Positions 1 through 14,827 of a stretch of 64,000 nucleotides of DNA are shown piece by piece (the stretch's first letter is position 1; every line of letters starts with the position of its first letter). The stretch comes from Geosiphon pyriformis uo1 (taxonomy: Eukaryota; Fungi; Glomeromycota). The notes under the pieces are model-generated. The model had not been told where the DNA came from. It saw only the letters and a program-made list of their open reading frames with translations, and searched no databases. Position numbers and translations under genes: made by a program. The stretch lies in contig JAAOMT010000566.1 in assembly GCA_016748015.1 (NCBI GenBank), forward strand, positions 1-64,000, written 5' to 3'.

Positions 1-760
1 CCCTAACCCTATCCCTATCCCTATCCCTATCCCTATCCCTATCCCTATCCCTATCCCTATCCCTATCCCTATCCCTATCCCTATCCCTATCCCTATCCCT
101 ATCCCTATTCCTATCCCTATTCTTATTCCTATCCCTATCCCTATTCCTAACCCTAACTCTATCCCTATCCCTATTCCTATTCCTATTCTTATCCCTATTC
201 CTATCCCTATCCCTATAAATATCCCTATCCCTATCCCTATCTCTATTCTTATTCTTATATTAATCCTTATCTTTGTTTTTTTTCTTATTTTTATTTTTAT
301 ATCTATTTTTATCTCTATTTCTATATCTATATTTATCTTTATTTTTATCTTTATTTTTATCCTTATCTCTATTTCTATTTTTATCCTTATTTTTATTCCT
401 ATTTTTATCTCTATCTTTATCTTTATCTTTATCTTTATTTTTATTTTTATCTCTATCTTTATCTTTATTCGTATTCCTATTATTTTAACTTTATCTTTAT
501 TTCTATTCTTATTTTTATTTTTATTTTTATCTTTATCTCTATTTCTATTTTTATCCTTATTTCTATTCCTATTTTTATCTTTATCTTTATCTTTATCTTT
601 ATTTTTATCTTTATTCTTATCTTTATCTTTATCTTTATTTTTATCTCTATCTTTATCTTTATTCATATCCCTATTTTTATTTTAATTTTATCTTTATTTC
701 TATTTCTATTTTTATTTTTATTCTTATTTTTATTTCTATATCTATTCTTAATTTTATCTC
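1..760 (+). repeat. Telomere-variant hexamer array (CCCTAT)n degenerating inward to TCCTAT/CTCTAT/CTTTAT/TTTTAT; copy 1
   Basis: Window starts ccctaa then (ccctat)n for ~110 bp. The 6-bp period persists while C is progressively replaced by T. Confidence 0.9.
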
Positions 761-1024
761 TATTTTTATTGTTATTTCTATTTTAAAATTAACAATTACT
801 TTTTTTATAATTTTACAAGTACAATATAATTATTATCTAATATATAAAATCAAAATTAAAAATCTCTTAACTAAATACAATTTACATTTTTTTATATGTA
901 ATTAGTTACTTAAATTAATTAAAAATATGTTATGTTAATGCTTAAATAGAAAACTTGTCCAAAAAAACCATTTTTTAAATAATTTTAAATAATATAATAC
1001 TATTNNNNNNNNNNNNNNNNNNNN

Positions 1025-1158
1025 ACCCCTATCCCTAACCCTAACCCTAACCCTAACCCTAACCCTAACCCTAACCCTATCCCTAACCCTAACCCTAACC
1101 CTAACCCTAACCCTAACCCTAACCCTAACCCTAACCCTAACCCTAACCCTAACCCTAA
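1025..1158 (+). repeat. Canonical telomeric repeat (CCCTAA)n, i.e. TTAGGG on the minus strand
   Basis: About 20 near-perfect CCCTAA units with an occasional CCCTAT, directly after the 20-N gap. C-rich strand on + fits a left chromosome end. Confidence 0.95.
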
Positions 1159-2010
1159 CCCTATCCCTATCCCTATCCCTATCCCTATCCCTATCCCTAT
1201 CCCTATCCCTAACTTTAACCCTATAAATATCCCAATAAATATCCCTATCCCTATTTCTATCCTTATCTCTATTTCTATTCCTATCCCTATTCTTATCCCT
1301 ATTTCTATCTCTATTCCTATCCCTATTCCTATCCCTATTCCTATTTTTATTCCTATCCCTATCCCTATCCCTATCCCTATCTCTATTCCTATTCCTATCC
1401 CTATCCCTATTCCTATCTCTATTCCTATCCCTATTTCTATCCCTATTCCTATCCCTATTTCTATCCCTATTCCTATTTTTATTCCTATCCTTATCCCTAT
1501 CCCTATCTCTATTCCTATTCCTATCTCTATCCCTATCTTTATCTCTATTCCTATCCCTATTCCTATCCCTATTCCTATTTTTATTCCTAATCCTAACCCT
1601 ATTCTATTCCTATCCCTATCCCTATCTCTATTTTTATTCTTATATTAATCTCTATTTTTATTTTTTTTCTTATTTTTATCTTTATACATATTTTTATCTC
1701 TATTCCTATATCTATATCTATCTATATCTTTATCTTTATCTTTATCTTTATCTTTATTCTTATCTCTATTTTTATCTCTATCTCTATCTCTATCTTTATC
1801 TTTATCTTTATTTTTATCTTCATTCTTATTTTTATCTTTATCTTTATCTTTATCTTTATCTTTATTCTTATTTTTATCTCTATCTTTATCTTTATTCTTA
1901 TCCCTATTTTTATTTTAACTTTATCTTTATTTCTATTTTTATTTCTATTCTTATTTTTATTTTTATTTTTATCTTTATTTCTATATTTATTCTTAATTTT
2001 ATCTCTATTT
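1159..2010 (+). repeat. Telomere-variant (CCCTAT)n array with inward C->T degeneration; copy 2
   Basis: Same graded hexamer decay as 1-760, followed by the same unique AT-rich flank (ttaaaattaacaattact...aatataatactatt) seen at ~780-1004. Confidence 0.9.
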
Positions 2011-3049
2011 TTATTGTTATTTCTATTTTAAAATTAACAATTACTTTTTTTATAATTTTACAAGTACAATATAATTATTATCTAATATATAAAATCAAAA
2101 TTAAAAATCTCTTAGCTAAATACAATTTACATTTTTTTTATATGTAATTAATTACTTAAATTAATTAAAAATATGTTATGCTAATGCTTAAATCGAAAAC
2201 TTGTCCAAAAAAAACATTTTTTAAATAATTTTAAATAATATAATACTATTAAAAATTAAGTCTATCAATTAACTAACTGTTTTAAAAGCATCTAACTTAA
2301 TATTATCTTGTTTATATTTCCAAAGTAATAATAAATTAAAAACTATATTATTATTAACAACAGACAAATTTTTATAAAAACCAAATATGTTAATGTTTTT
2401 ATAATTATATTTATCTTTTAAGACAATTATATCTCACTTTAGTTTACTTACAGCTTTGTTAAAAGTACTTATATGTATTAAAACTTTATTGATTTTAAGA
2501 TTAAGAATACTGCTTAATACAAAATTACCTTAAACAAACTGTTTAAACACAATAACTAATATATTAATAGGCTTAACAATTAAATTAACCAAAGTTGACA
2601 ACTTAACCAAATCGAATTCCAGAAATACCAGCTGAAAAAAAATTAAAAAGTTACTAACAACTACAGAAAAAAATATCAGAAATTACCAAAAGAAAAAATT
2701 CAAAAGAATTTGAAAAAACAAATGTCTTAATATAAAAAATATTATTCATAAATTATAATTTGAATACTTTGAAAGTCTTAATAAGTTTAAAATATTAATA
2801 TAATTTAAAAATTTAACAAAAAATTATAATATAATAAAAAAATTTTATTTATAATATATTACAATAATAATCTTAAAAAAATAATAATTAGTAAAATTAT
2901 AAATACTAATTTGTAATAGTAGTTAATACTAATTAATAGTAGCAATAAATACTAAATTAAAATATTAAAAAAAATATATTATAATGTATTTTTTTGTAAA
3001 ACTACAAATATATATATATAATAACTTTAATATTAAGAAAAACAATAAA

Positions 3050-6000
3050 TTATTAATTAATTTATTTAATAATTTTACTTTAATTTTACTTTAATTTTAC
3101 TTTTAAAATAAACATCTTCTAAAATTTTTAATCAAAAAAATATTTTGAAAACTGAATTATTACAACTTAAAATATTAAGAAACTTATTTGTATTATTTAT
3201 TAGCTAAATTTTTTAAAAAAATAATTTCTGATTATAATTATTCATGTTGTTATTAATTAATAAAAGTTTTATTATAAAAATTAAAAAAAACATATTAAAT
3301 AATTACGAAAATAGTCTTGGAAAAAATCTCAAACAGTAAATAGATTTTAGTTTATTTTTTAAAAAAGATTATATAAATATATACAACAATTAAAAATTGA
3401 AAAATAATTTATATTATGGCATTAAAAAAAAAAGCTTTTAGTATAAACAAAAATATTATCATACAAATAGAATTGAAAAACTTATAAAAAACTAATTACA
3501 ATTAAATCAAAATATTAGCAATTAAAATAACCAAAAAAACAATCTATAATAACATAATAATTTTTTTTCATATTAGATAAAGCAAATTTTATACTATTAA
3601 AACTAGTACTAAAATTCAACAAAACTTAAATACTTAAAGTTTTATTATTATTTAAAAATATTTAGCAGTTCATTAAAAAAACTAACTTATTATCAGGCTT
3701 TATTTGTAAAGATTTAACAATTTTAAACACCAAAATTTTTAACTTATAAAGCTTTAAAAATTTTTTAATAAAAACAATATCAAATTTTTTAAACTATTTT
3801 TTAAATATTTTATTAACCAAAAAATACATCATTTTTTAAATAATATTTTATATTATATTTAAATTTATAAATCTTTTAAAAGCAACAAATTTCTCAAAAT
3901 ACATTATAATATTAATAAATATAGTACTTTTAAATTAGTTTTATTTAATATTATCAACATTTTTAAAATTAAATTTTTAATAATTTTTATTGATTTGTTT
4001 ACAGAAAAAGTTTAATTACATATTTAGCAAATTATTTAAACTTACAAAAACAAAAACAGTTTAATAATCAATATTAAAGTATTTATATTTATAATTTATT
4101 ATTATATTAATAAGATTTAAAAAACAAATACATAATTAATTGTTTTTTTATATCTCTAAAAATTTTTATGTTAAAGCTTTAATAATTAAGTTTTTAATTA
4201 AAATATAAATCTGTTTTAAATCAAATCATTTTTTAAAATTAGCACACTTATAAAAATTATTTTTATTAAAATTACTATTTAAGATTATAAAAGAAGATTT
4301 ATTTATAGTTTTTATAATTAAAAATTAATTTTTTCAATTTAAATCAAACATATTACCAAAATAACATCAACATATAATTCTAAAATTAAAATAAAAAGCT
4401 TATTTTTAAAAAGTAACTTAACGGACAAAAATTAATTAAAAATTTTAGTAACTTTATATATATATTTAATTAATATATTATTTATAATAATTATAATACC
4501 AAAATATAAATAATTAAAATTCAAACCAGAAATAAAAACTCAAATATTTTTAAATTTGTTATCTATTTATAGATGTATTTTATTTTTTAATTTAGTTTTA
4601 ATAACAATAGAAATTAAATTATTTATTTTTTTATATTAATAAATAATATTTTCTTGTTTAGCAAATTATTTATATTTTTTATATTACATATAACAATTTT
4701 TCAAATAAAATTAGTTATTAAAATATTAAAAAAAAATTATTTTAAGTCAAAGTCAGACTATTAAACTTTGTTAACAAATTTATAACTAAATTAAATAAAT
4801 TTTTTAATTAAGTTTTTAACTTAATCATATTTAAAAGTACTAAAAAACTTATTTTTATAATAGTTTTATTATTAATAAATGTATTTGAATCTATTTATAT
4901 TATTATATTAAGAAACTACTAATACAAATATATTTAATTTCTTAATTAATTTACCAATTTGTTTTACAAGACTGATAAAACTGTTTTCAATTTTGTTAAA
5001 TATAAATCTAAATTACTAATAACTATTAAAAAAATTTGACTTATTCAAAAACCAAACTAAAAATAATATCAAAAAACATTTAAAAAAAAGTTTTGCTAAC
5101 AATAAATGCCCAAAATTTACTACTAAAAACTACTAAACAAACAATAAAAACAGATTTTTTTTGCATAAATTTAAGCTAATTTAAACTGAAAAAAAGTTTT
5201 TTTTTTAGTGTTAATTTATTATTAATTAAATTATATTTAAAAAAAATATAACTAAATTTATAATAGACTAAATAGAGAGCTAAAAACAAATAAAACAAAT
5301 AAAAAGTAATATTTTTTATAACAAAAACTATAACTAATACTTTAGTTAAATTTTTTTTAAATTAAAATATACAGTTGTATATTTAATATAAATATAGTTA
5401 ATTAAATTATAATTAATTACACAAAATTTTTTACCAATTAAACTAATAAAATTTTAAAAATTATAAGTATTTGTTTTTATAAGAAGTATATAAAACAAAG
5501 TTTAAAACTTATTTTTAGAATTCTATAGTTGTTTATTAATATTAGTTCTGATTAAACAAACTGTATTTTTTTTAATAAAAATAAATTATTTAAATATTAA
5601 AAGATTAGTTTAATTTAATTATCTAATTTAATAATTATTTTTTGTTATAATTTTATTAATTATATTTTAATTAATTTAATAATATCAAAATCAGTAAATA
5701 TAACTTATATAGTTTTTATAGATATTTTTATAAGAATTTTTTTTATAATAATTGCCTAATTTATATGATTATTTATCAGCTTTTTGAGATTAGTGTTTAT
5801 TATAATATCTTAATTATTTGCTAAATTTGCTATAATTAATAATTTTTTTTTAAAAATAAAAAATATCTAAATTATTTTACCAAATTTTAAGAAAGTAAAA
5901 GCTTTTTTAAAATTATTTACATCAAAAAAAAGGTTTTTAATAATCTTTAATTTGTCTTAAAAAACTTTTTATTAACAGTCAACAAATTTATATTTAAAAC

Positions 6001-6250
6001 AAAAAATTTATAAATCAGAATGTTTATTAGTAAATTTAATAAAAAAATAAAAAAGAGAAAAAATTATTTAAAACATTATTATTGCTGTTATTATTATTAT
6101 TAAAATTAATTTTATTCAAAAATTTTCTTAATATTTGTTTTATTACAATTTTTTTTGGCATTTTAAAAGTCATATTAATATTTTTTTAATAAATTTATTA
6201 CTACTTTTAAGCTAAAAACTTATTTTTTTAATTAAAATTTTTTTTTTATG
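3050..6250 (-). mobile_element. Heavily AT-eroded LINE relic (ORF1 plus endonuclease and start of RT), related to the LINEs at 10.2-31.5 kb
   Basis: Manual minus-strand reading: ~4130-4260 matches the APE segment (CASFKKC...KNSRDIEKTIDYV), and ~5105-5185 reads like LAKIYEKKSAPISRPLAFGGKIW of ORF1. No intact ORF; boundaries approximate. Confidence 0.6.
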
Positions 6251-6779
6251 TTCATACTTTTTGTTTTAGTGGTGTTTTTAATTTTAAAATTAATTGTTCT
6301 TCTAAATAGTAAGTTATTTTTAGAAATATTAATATTAATAATTATAATAAATTCTTTTAATATTCTATTTTTACATTTTTTTTAACTAATAAGTCCATAG
6401 TAACTAAGTCAAAACCAGATTTTTTTGGTTTTTTTATAGTTAAACTGCTATTTATATTAATAATTTTATATATTTAAACCAAAAAAATTTAAATATATCC
6501 AATTAAATAATAAAAAATAAAAGAAAACAAAAAATATTTCTTTTAAAAATAATGTAATTTTTTAAGAATTTGGAACATAAAAAAGAAAAAAGTTTTTTAA
6601 TATACAAATTATATACCTTAAAATTAGATAAAAAATATTAAAAAAAGCAATACATAGTAATTAGCTAAAATTATATTATAGTAAATCAATATTAATAACA
6701 CAAATACTTAAAATTAAAACATAATTATTATTAATATTACTAAATAAAATTTTATAAAATTTAATATTAATTGATAACT

Positions 6780-8400
6780 TAGGTATAAATGACTATGAGT
6801 TCAGTTAATTCGATATTTTTGACATGTGTAACTGTATTTTAAAAAGTATTTGAATGCAATAAGTATATTTTTCACAAAAGACTATTGTATAATCCATAAA
6901 TAAATTGATTTAAAATCTGTAGTATTGTAAAGTAATTAACTTTAATTGCTTAAATTTAACACAGATTTTGATAAAAACATTTCAAATATATGATAACTGT
7001 TTTAGTATTGCTTTGTTTAATACTAGTAAACCCAGTTAATAACTAATTAATATTGTTATAATTGCTAAAATATTGTAAAAATACAGTTTTAAACATGTTA
7101 AAATCTTGAAGTTTGTTTACAAAACATTAATATCACGAGTCTGTAGTATTTTATAAAAAGTATAGAATAGCTTGAAAAGCTTTAACATTGTTTTATTCAT
7201 TGACTGTAATGGCTTTTTTTATATTATTTAGTTATAATTAGATGTTGTTTTCTTTACCTGTAAATTTTTTAAGTTTGATAATTAGTGTGTATATTATTTG
7301 TACAAGTTGTTATTATTTTGATTGTTAAAAATTGGCAATTGATACTACTAGCAATTAATTAATTAAGATAATTAAAAGTAAGTATTATTAAAAAATAAGA
7401 ATAAGATTTGGATTGTTTAAGTTTTGTTAAGTTTAAACAATTGGAATTTAAACTTTCAGGTTATTTGAAAATAAGTTTTGATTATTATTTTCCTAATTAC
7501 TGTTTTTTTTTCTTTTGAATTGCTATTTGTTCAATTACTAATAAATCTGAAATTTGGTTAAAATAGTAGTAATTAAAATCCTAATAAGATTGTTGGTTGT
7601 AATTTAAATTCTTCAAAAAAATTGTCATAAGTTTCTAATAATTTGGTTTTTATTTGGTTATTTTAAAATAATACTCATAATAATAGTGTTTTTACAGTTG
7701 ATAATAATATAAATCTAGATAGTATGTAAATAATATTTCTTAATATATAGTAATAAAATGAATGTAAAAAAAATAACTCTGAATTTTTTCCAATTAGGTG
7801 ATTGTATTGATTTAGATATATCTGTTGGTGTTTATATTTTGTTTTTGTTTTTGTTTACAAATATTATTTAAAATTTTTCTAGAGTATACTTTTCAATTTC
7901 ATAATTAATTTTGGTAATAACTGAAACAAAAGTAATTTATTATAGAAATTTTTTTTGTTGAATTAGAATCTGTTTATTCTTTTAAAAAATTGAAAGTTAA
8001 TTCAGCTAAAAAATAGTTGTTGATTAATTTTAACTGTTGTTAATATTATTGAAATCAAGATTTAGCAAATTTCAAATGATTTGTTTTTATTACTTCTAAT
8101 TTTGCCATTTTTTTAAATAGTTGCTGTTGGTGCTAGTTTTTTGTTAAATTATACTTTATAAGAAGTACTAAATATTACATGTGATTATTTGGAAATATTA
8201 AAACAAATAACAAATCTGTAATTTAGTGTTTAATAACTGTTAATAATAGTAATTCCTGAAGGTTTTAAAGTCTGAAAATTTTGGTTAAGTTTTTTATATA
8301 ATAGACAAAGATTTAATTAATAGTTTTTTTCTATAAATTTTTTTTTTCAACAGATAACCAGTTTATTTTGATAGTTGTGCCTTTTTTAATAAGCTATTTT
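6780..8400 (-). mobile_element. Decayed Ty3/Gypsy gag relic
   Basis: Minus-strand translation of ~6900-7295 gives IIKLKKFTGKE...KKAITVNE*NNVKAFQAILYFL...QDFNMFKTVFLQYFS...QILNQFIYGL, a retrotransposon capsid signature with many stops. Confidence 0.6.
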
Positions 8401-11400
8401 TAAGTTTTTTATTCTTGTTTTATAGATTTTTTACCAAACTATTTTTAATATTAATTAATTAGTAAACAACAAAAAAAATAAAATAAAATAAATAAATAAA
8501 AATAAATAAAAAAATAAGAAATTAGTATTCTATTAAAGGCCATAATCAAAAACTATTGGTTTAGTGTAGTTAAGTATTAAATTTTATTAATATAAATTAT
8601 TAATAGTATAAAAATAATTAATATTTTTTTAATTAAGCAATAATAACATAAATTGGATATTAGTAGATATTTTTATTAATATAGATATGATTTTATTTTA
8701 AGTTATAAAAAATTAATTTTTAAAAGGAAAGATATTTAATAATTAGTTATTGCTAGTCACTATTTTTGTTAACTATTCTAAATTTTCTGCTTCTAATATT
8801 TTTACTATATATATATAATTTATGTTATATAAAATTTCTTAAAAAAAATCTTGTAATTCTTTTTTTTACTACACTTCTTTTTAATTGGCTATTTTTTTAC
8901 CAAATATAATTTTTATTTCTATAAATAACAGCATAAATAATTTCAATATATTTTTTATAATTACTATTGTTTTTATTTATAAAAAAACACAAATATATTA
9001 TTAATAAGTTTTAAAACAAGTTATAAAACTTTATATATATATCAAACTAATTAATATTATTATAAAAAAAGAATATATATTAATTTGTATTTGCTATATT
9101 TAAAAAATATACTTATTAATTATAAAAAGTATTTTGCAAATAAAATTAACTGAAATAATTTTTATTTCAAATAAACTAATACTATTTAATCTGTATTACT
9201 ATATGTATTTAATATCAAATAAAACATATTAAATTATAAATATTCAGCACTTTTAATTTTAATAAATTATTTATTAATAATTCAAATTCTATATAAACAA
9301 AAATTTATTGTTGTTTAAATTAATAAAAATATGTATTTTAATAATATTAATTTATTATAAATAAAAAATTAATATATTTAATTAAAAAATTATTTTAAAA
9401 TTTTCATAAAAAATTTATAAAAAATTTAATTATAAATATTATATGTTTTTAAAATATAATTAAAAAAATAAATTACAATAAAATATTAAATATATTCAAA
9501 TTTATTATAATTATAACATTTTTTTTCAAAATATTATACAATAAATCTTAATTTTTATCTTAAAACAGTTTATAAAATGTATTTTCTTGCACAAAAACTA
9601 TTTAAGAAATTTTTCTATAAATTAATTTTATATTATTTAGTATTTAGTAAATACAAATTATATTTTTACAATAATTAATTTTTAAGTTAATATTTTAATA
9701 ATTATTTTAAATTTATATTTATTGTTTAAAGAAATATATTAAATATATTAATTTTTAACTTTATATTAACCAAAAAAAATACATTTTTTATAATTAAAAA
9801 TATTTTAATTAATAAATTTGAGGATATTTTTTAAGTGTTTTAAATTATTTTTAACAAATATTGCTTATTAAAAATTATTTAATTAATGAAATTTATTCTA
9901 ATTAGAAATTGTTTTCTTAAATTTAAGTATATAAATATAAAGTTTATAAGAAATAATGCTATAATATTTGAATCTGTTTACAATAGTATTTTTTAATTAT
10001 AAAATACTATAAATTACTTAAAGCATAATAAAAAATTAAATATATAATCTAATTTTAATTTTATATAAAAAAAAGTTATTTTTTATTTTAATTAAATTAA
10101 TATTAATATTATAATATTACTAATAGTTTTTTTTGTTTTTTTTGTTGTTTTTTTGTTAATAAACTAATAAATTATTTTTAAATTATTTTTTATACTTTTT
10201 TTTTTATATATTTTATGAGTGAGATCTAAACACTACCTAGTACAATACATCAAATAACTAATTTAAACTAAGCATAAATTATGTATTTTCTATACACAAC
10301 CAGTCACTCGAACCAATCAAGACTACTCTAAGCATTTATATGAACTGAGATTAAATCTTCAACATTTGAGAAAAACAAACAAGACCTACAAAATCCAAAA
10401 CCAATACCAATAGCCTCAGCAATACCTAACAATTTCCTTACACTCATAAAAATCACTACAGACAGCCCAAAAACCAAAACCAAAACCAAATTATCACATG
10501 ATATTATCTTATTCTTCTCCATATGGGCATGATGCTTAATGTAAACCAACCAAATCTCATCTCTAAAAGCAAGACATAAGTTACACACAAATTTTACAAC
10601 CTTTTGTCCAGTTATTTTGGAACTACCAAAGACAGATATAGCTTCTCAAAGCCACTTTTTAAAAACAAAGCCTTTGCAAAGAGCTGTGTGAACTACAACA
10701 TTTGAAATACAGAAAAACAGTAATTGAAAAACATTTAAAGAAGAGACAGATAGACCAGAAAGCACACTCCAAGCAACAGCATGAGCATCCAACAAGTGAC
10801 AATAAACAGAATCATCAACCATGCAAGAAAAAATATGAGTAGAAATCTCTACCTTACTACAATATAAATACAGTACACTGGAGTAATATTTGTTATACAG
10901 ACACTTCTAAACAGCAACTGGCAGCCAATAGTGTAAAGCTTTTATAAAATATGTGTAAACACCAATCATAGATTTATTAGTAAAGTCAGCAGTCATGTGC
11001 AAGTCTAGATGCCACACCAATAATGAGCTAAGCCAATTAATATCCGAGTGCAGATTTTTATTTAAAACCCTAAAATCTAAACCAACCTCTCAATGTGCAC
11101 AATAAATAAACCAAAAAACCTTACAAATAAAGTGTCTAGAATTACCAGAGATGATATTATCTTTAGCTAAAATACAACATTCTTTTACACAAGAAAAAAG
11201 ACACCAGAATAAAAAAAAGCCACATTAGCAAGTGTATTAGCACGTCTATTATCCACAACACCTGAATGATTTTTTACTTTGTGCCAGCTAACATTCAAAT
11301 CTTTTTTCTTAATAATGTTTACAATATGCCAACACTTGACCCAACAGTGATTCCAAAAATCCAGATGAACTAAATCTAGTTCTAATTTGCATGCATCTAA

Positions 11401-14102
11401 GGCAGTCTGACTGTCTATAAAGATGCTAACTGATTTAAGAAGAAGAACACACTCAAAAGCCAATGTAATAGCCTACAATTCAGCCAAAATAGAAGACATT
11501 AGACTAGAAACTCTGACCCTAAACCCAAACCTATATTTTCAAAAAAGACTGCAGCACCAGCTCTCATGTCAATGCTCTCCAAGTTTCTTAGAGATCCATT
11601 CATATAGACAGAAAAGCTATTAGTTTCAAGATCTAGTAACCGATTATAAATCACACCAAACTTACTAGATTCTAGAATGTTCAAAAGTTCAATAATTCTT
11701 ACTGGAGAAAAACAAACAGAAAAAGAAGCTATACCATTGAGAAAGTTAACAAAAAGCTTAAACCAATTAGAAATAGGGCCACATAGGTCCAGTCTTTTTC
11801 AATGCTTGAAGATCTTCCAATCAAAAACTGCTTCATTCTTACTGTGAAGCTGTTCAACAAAAGCAATACCATATTGCTAAAGAGATGAAAGAAACTTAAA
11901 ATAGTTAGTCTTGCCAAGAACAAATGACATAGGAGTTCTATCACAAAAATGGAAAGAGTTGTTTATATGACCACCTAAAAACAAACTGCACTCATGAAAA
12001 ATACAAATTATGCCTGCCAAAAAATTATTTGAAGCACTAACTTTGATACAAGCTGGAGAGACCAAAGAGTAAAGTGGGCTCCAAGACAAAATCTGCAAGT
12101 CATAAGACCTGTGCAAAAACAACCAACCCAAAATTCCAACAGAGTTTGCAAAGCACACAATGGAAGCAATCTTGCTTTCAGTCTGAACTTGCTCAAAAGG
12201 TTTTAAATCATACAATGAAGGATGACAAAGCACATTATTGGAAAAATTGAGAAGCAGACCAGACTTCAGCTTCAAGCTTTTGCAAATCAAAGGATCCTAC
12301 TTATTACACACACTGATAGAAAAAAAAACTAAACTGTATTCTGTAGCTGACAATGGGGTAGAAAACTGCTAACACCAGATACAAAAACTGTTTATCAGAA
12401 ATGGCCTTTCTCAGGACCAGATTGGTAAAAAATCTGACATCAAAATCAGCCTTAGCCAGGCTGGATTTTAACAAACCTTCAGTTAACAAAAAAATCTCTA
12501 GGTAGCAATGAAACTCTCCTCTCTTGACAATGAATATAGACAAACTATTAATAGACAAATTAGGACATGCAACTCTGCAATTAATGAGAATTGTCACTGT
12601 TTTGTTATAATTAATAGAAATGTCATTGATCCAGAAAAAATCACTAGCAACTTTGAGAATGTGTTGAGTTGCAGCTTGACTGCTACTAATTCAAATTGTG
12701 TCATCAACAAAAGCACCAGCAGTAAGAAAAAATGTCAATTCAGCTTGAGATTTTAAATGACCAGTTCTGACAACATAATAAAAGTTCAGCCTATATTTAC
12801 ATATGCTTTCTTGTTTCTTGACTTTACACAAAAAAAGATCATAAAATATGTGCCAAAGAAATAGTAAAAACACCTTTCTTTGATCCAAACCATTGTGTAT
12901 CTAATATCCACTCTTCAAAACAAAATTTGTCATTACCTTATTAACATGATTATTGTAAATGTTACCAAAAAATTTAATGAACTTGTTACATATTTTTATT
13001 CTGACCAAATTGTTTTTAAGATGCTCCCATCTGACAGAGTCATAAGTTTTTCACATGTTTTACAAGACCAGCCAGAGTTTATGGTTTTTTTCCAAAGCAT
13101 CTTTAATAACTAAACTAATAGCAAAAATAGAAAATTGTGTTGTCATATCCTTTAGAACCAAGAAATTGTTCCCACATAAAACATCAAAAGTGCTGTATGC
13201 CAAAAAAATCTTGTCCAAGAGAATCTTGAAAAAGATCTTGCATGCAGTCTCAATTAAAGCAATAGGTTGAGTGTTTGTAAGAACTTCCTCCCACTCATAT
13301 GGTTTTGAAATCATTGAGACCCAAGCTTCTTTTTAAGCACCAGGCACTAATTCATAAGACAAACAAAAGTTCAAAAGCACCAAAAACATATCCAAAACTA
13401 ATTTGTTGCAATGTTTTTATAGCTTAACACCCCAGAAAAACCAGCAGCTTTGCCATTAAGCAGATTAAAAACCACTTCAAGTAGCTCATTAAAACTAACT
13501 AAACACATTATATTTGAAAAAGCATTATCAAAAACATACTCCAAAGGCTGATATTGACGAGACCAATTATCAGAGAAATCATCCACCACATTACAATTCT
13601 TGGTCCAGCCCTCCATAATAATGTTAATCTTGGTTTTATCTAGGTCATATTCTAGAATCAAGTCATTTTCAACTACCAGATAGTCCAAAACCACTTTTTA
13701 AAAAGGATGCTCTAGCATGTTCTTGATCATATGACTTTTATTGACTGCAAAATTCTCCATTTGTCTGTCAATAGCTGAACTTATACTCAACTCCTCAGCT
13801 CACAAAGATTCAGCAAGCTTAGAAGCACAATATGATTTTCGTGCACTAAAAAGAGCTAAGCATACATGATTAGAACCTGTGCCAAAGCACACCATATTCT
13901 GTATAATCATAGCCTTAATATTGTCCAAAGAATTCCAGTGTTTCATAAGAAAAGCAAACCTATCAACATTTTTTTTATGAGAAGTCTTAACAATTTTTGA
14001 GACCAAAAGCTCTAGCTTATAAAACCTAGAAGACTTCTTGTTAAAAATATTATTGAAACTCTTAAACCAGTTCTTTCTGAATATTTTATTAGCTGATAGT
14101 AT

Positions 14103-14827
14103 TGTTACGAGTTGGAGTAACAAGTTAACGGATAGCAAGAGAGAACAGGATTGTAGGGTGATGGAAATAATCAAAGGGGAATTCAACTTTAAAGAGCGAA
14201 TTAAATGAATATGGATTTAATGTGCGAAATCAGTCTCATAAAATATCTTAGTCACTATTCTTTTCAAAAGTAACTGGGGAATCTAAAGGTAGAGAGATAG
14301 TCCATACTGTCAACAATTAATTACTACTGGTATAATTCTATGCCTCATGTCAGCACTTTTAAAATTCAATATCAGATATCAACTTGTGCTTTTCAGTCAT
14401 GTTTATTCAAATAATCTTTAAATGCTACAATTATATATGTCAAGAAAAGACCAACAAGTAATTTTTTATCTTTAAGATGTTCAGATACTTGAAGATAAGG
14501 AAAGAGAAATTAGCGTTAAGAGAAGGATTAAAATGAAAGTTGTTATTTTATTTATTCTTGATTATTCAGATGCTTGTTATTACATGCTTTTCTACAACTA
14601 AGAGATTCATTGCTTATATAACTGTCAAAAGTGGTTAATGATCAGGTCAATAATCAGGTCATTGATCAGATCTTTAATCAGGTCAATGATCAGATCAACG
14701 GTCAGGTCAACAGTCAGGTTATTAATCAAGTCAATAATCACTTTCTAAAAATAGCATGGCTAATCATATGACATCAGTGGCTAATACATGTGATAATTAA
14801 TAAGAAGTATAGGTCTTAACCATAATA
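14103..14827 (-). repeat. 3' LTR of the Gypsy element
   Basis: Aligns along its whole length with 21170-21918. Starts tgttacgagttggag and ends accataata. A purine tract (GGAGAAGATAA on minus) lies adjacent at 14828-14838. Confidence 0.95.

Noticed and set aside
273-488. 71-aa F/L/S-rich ORF
   Set aside because: Translation of the degenerate telomeric hexamer array.
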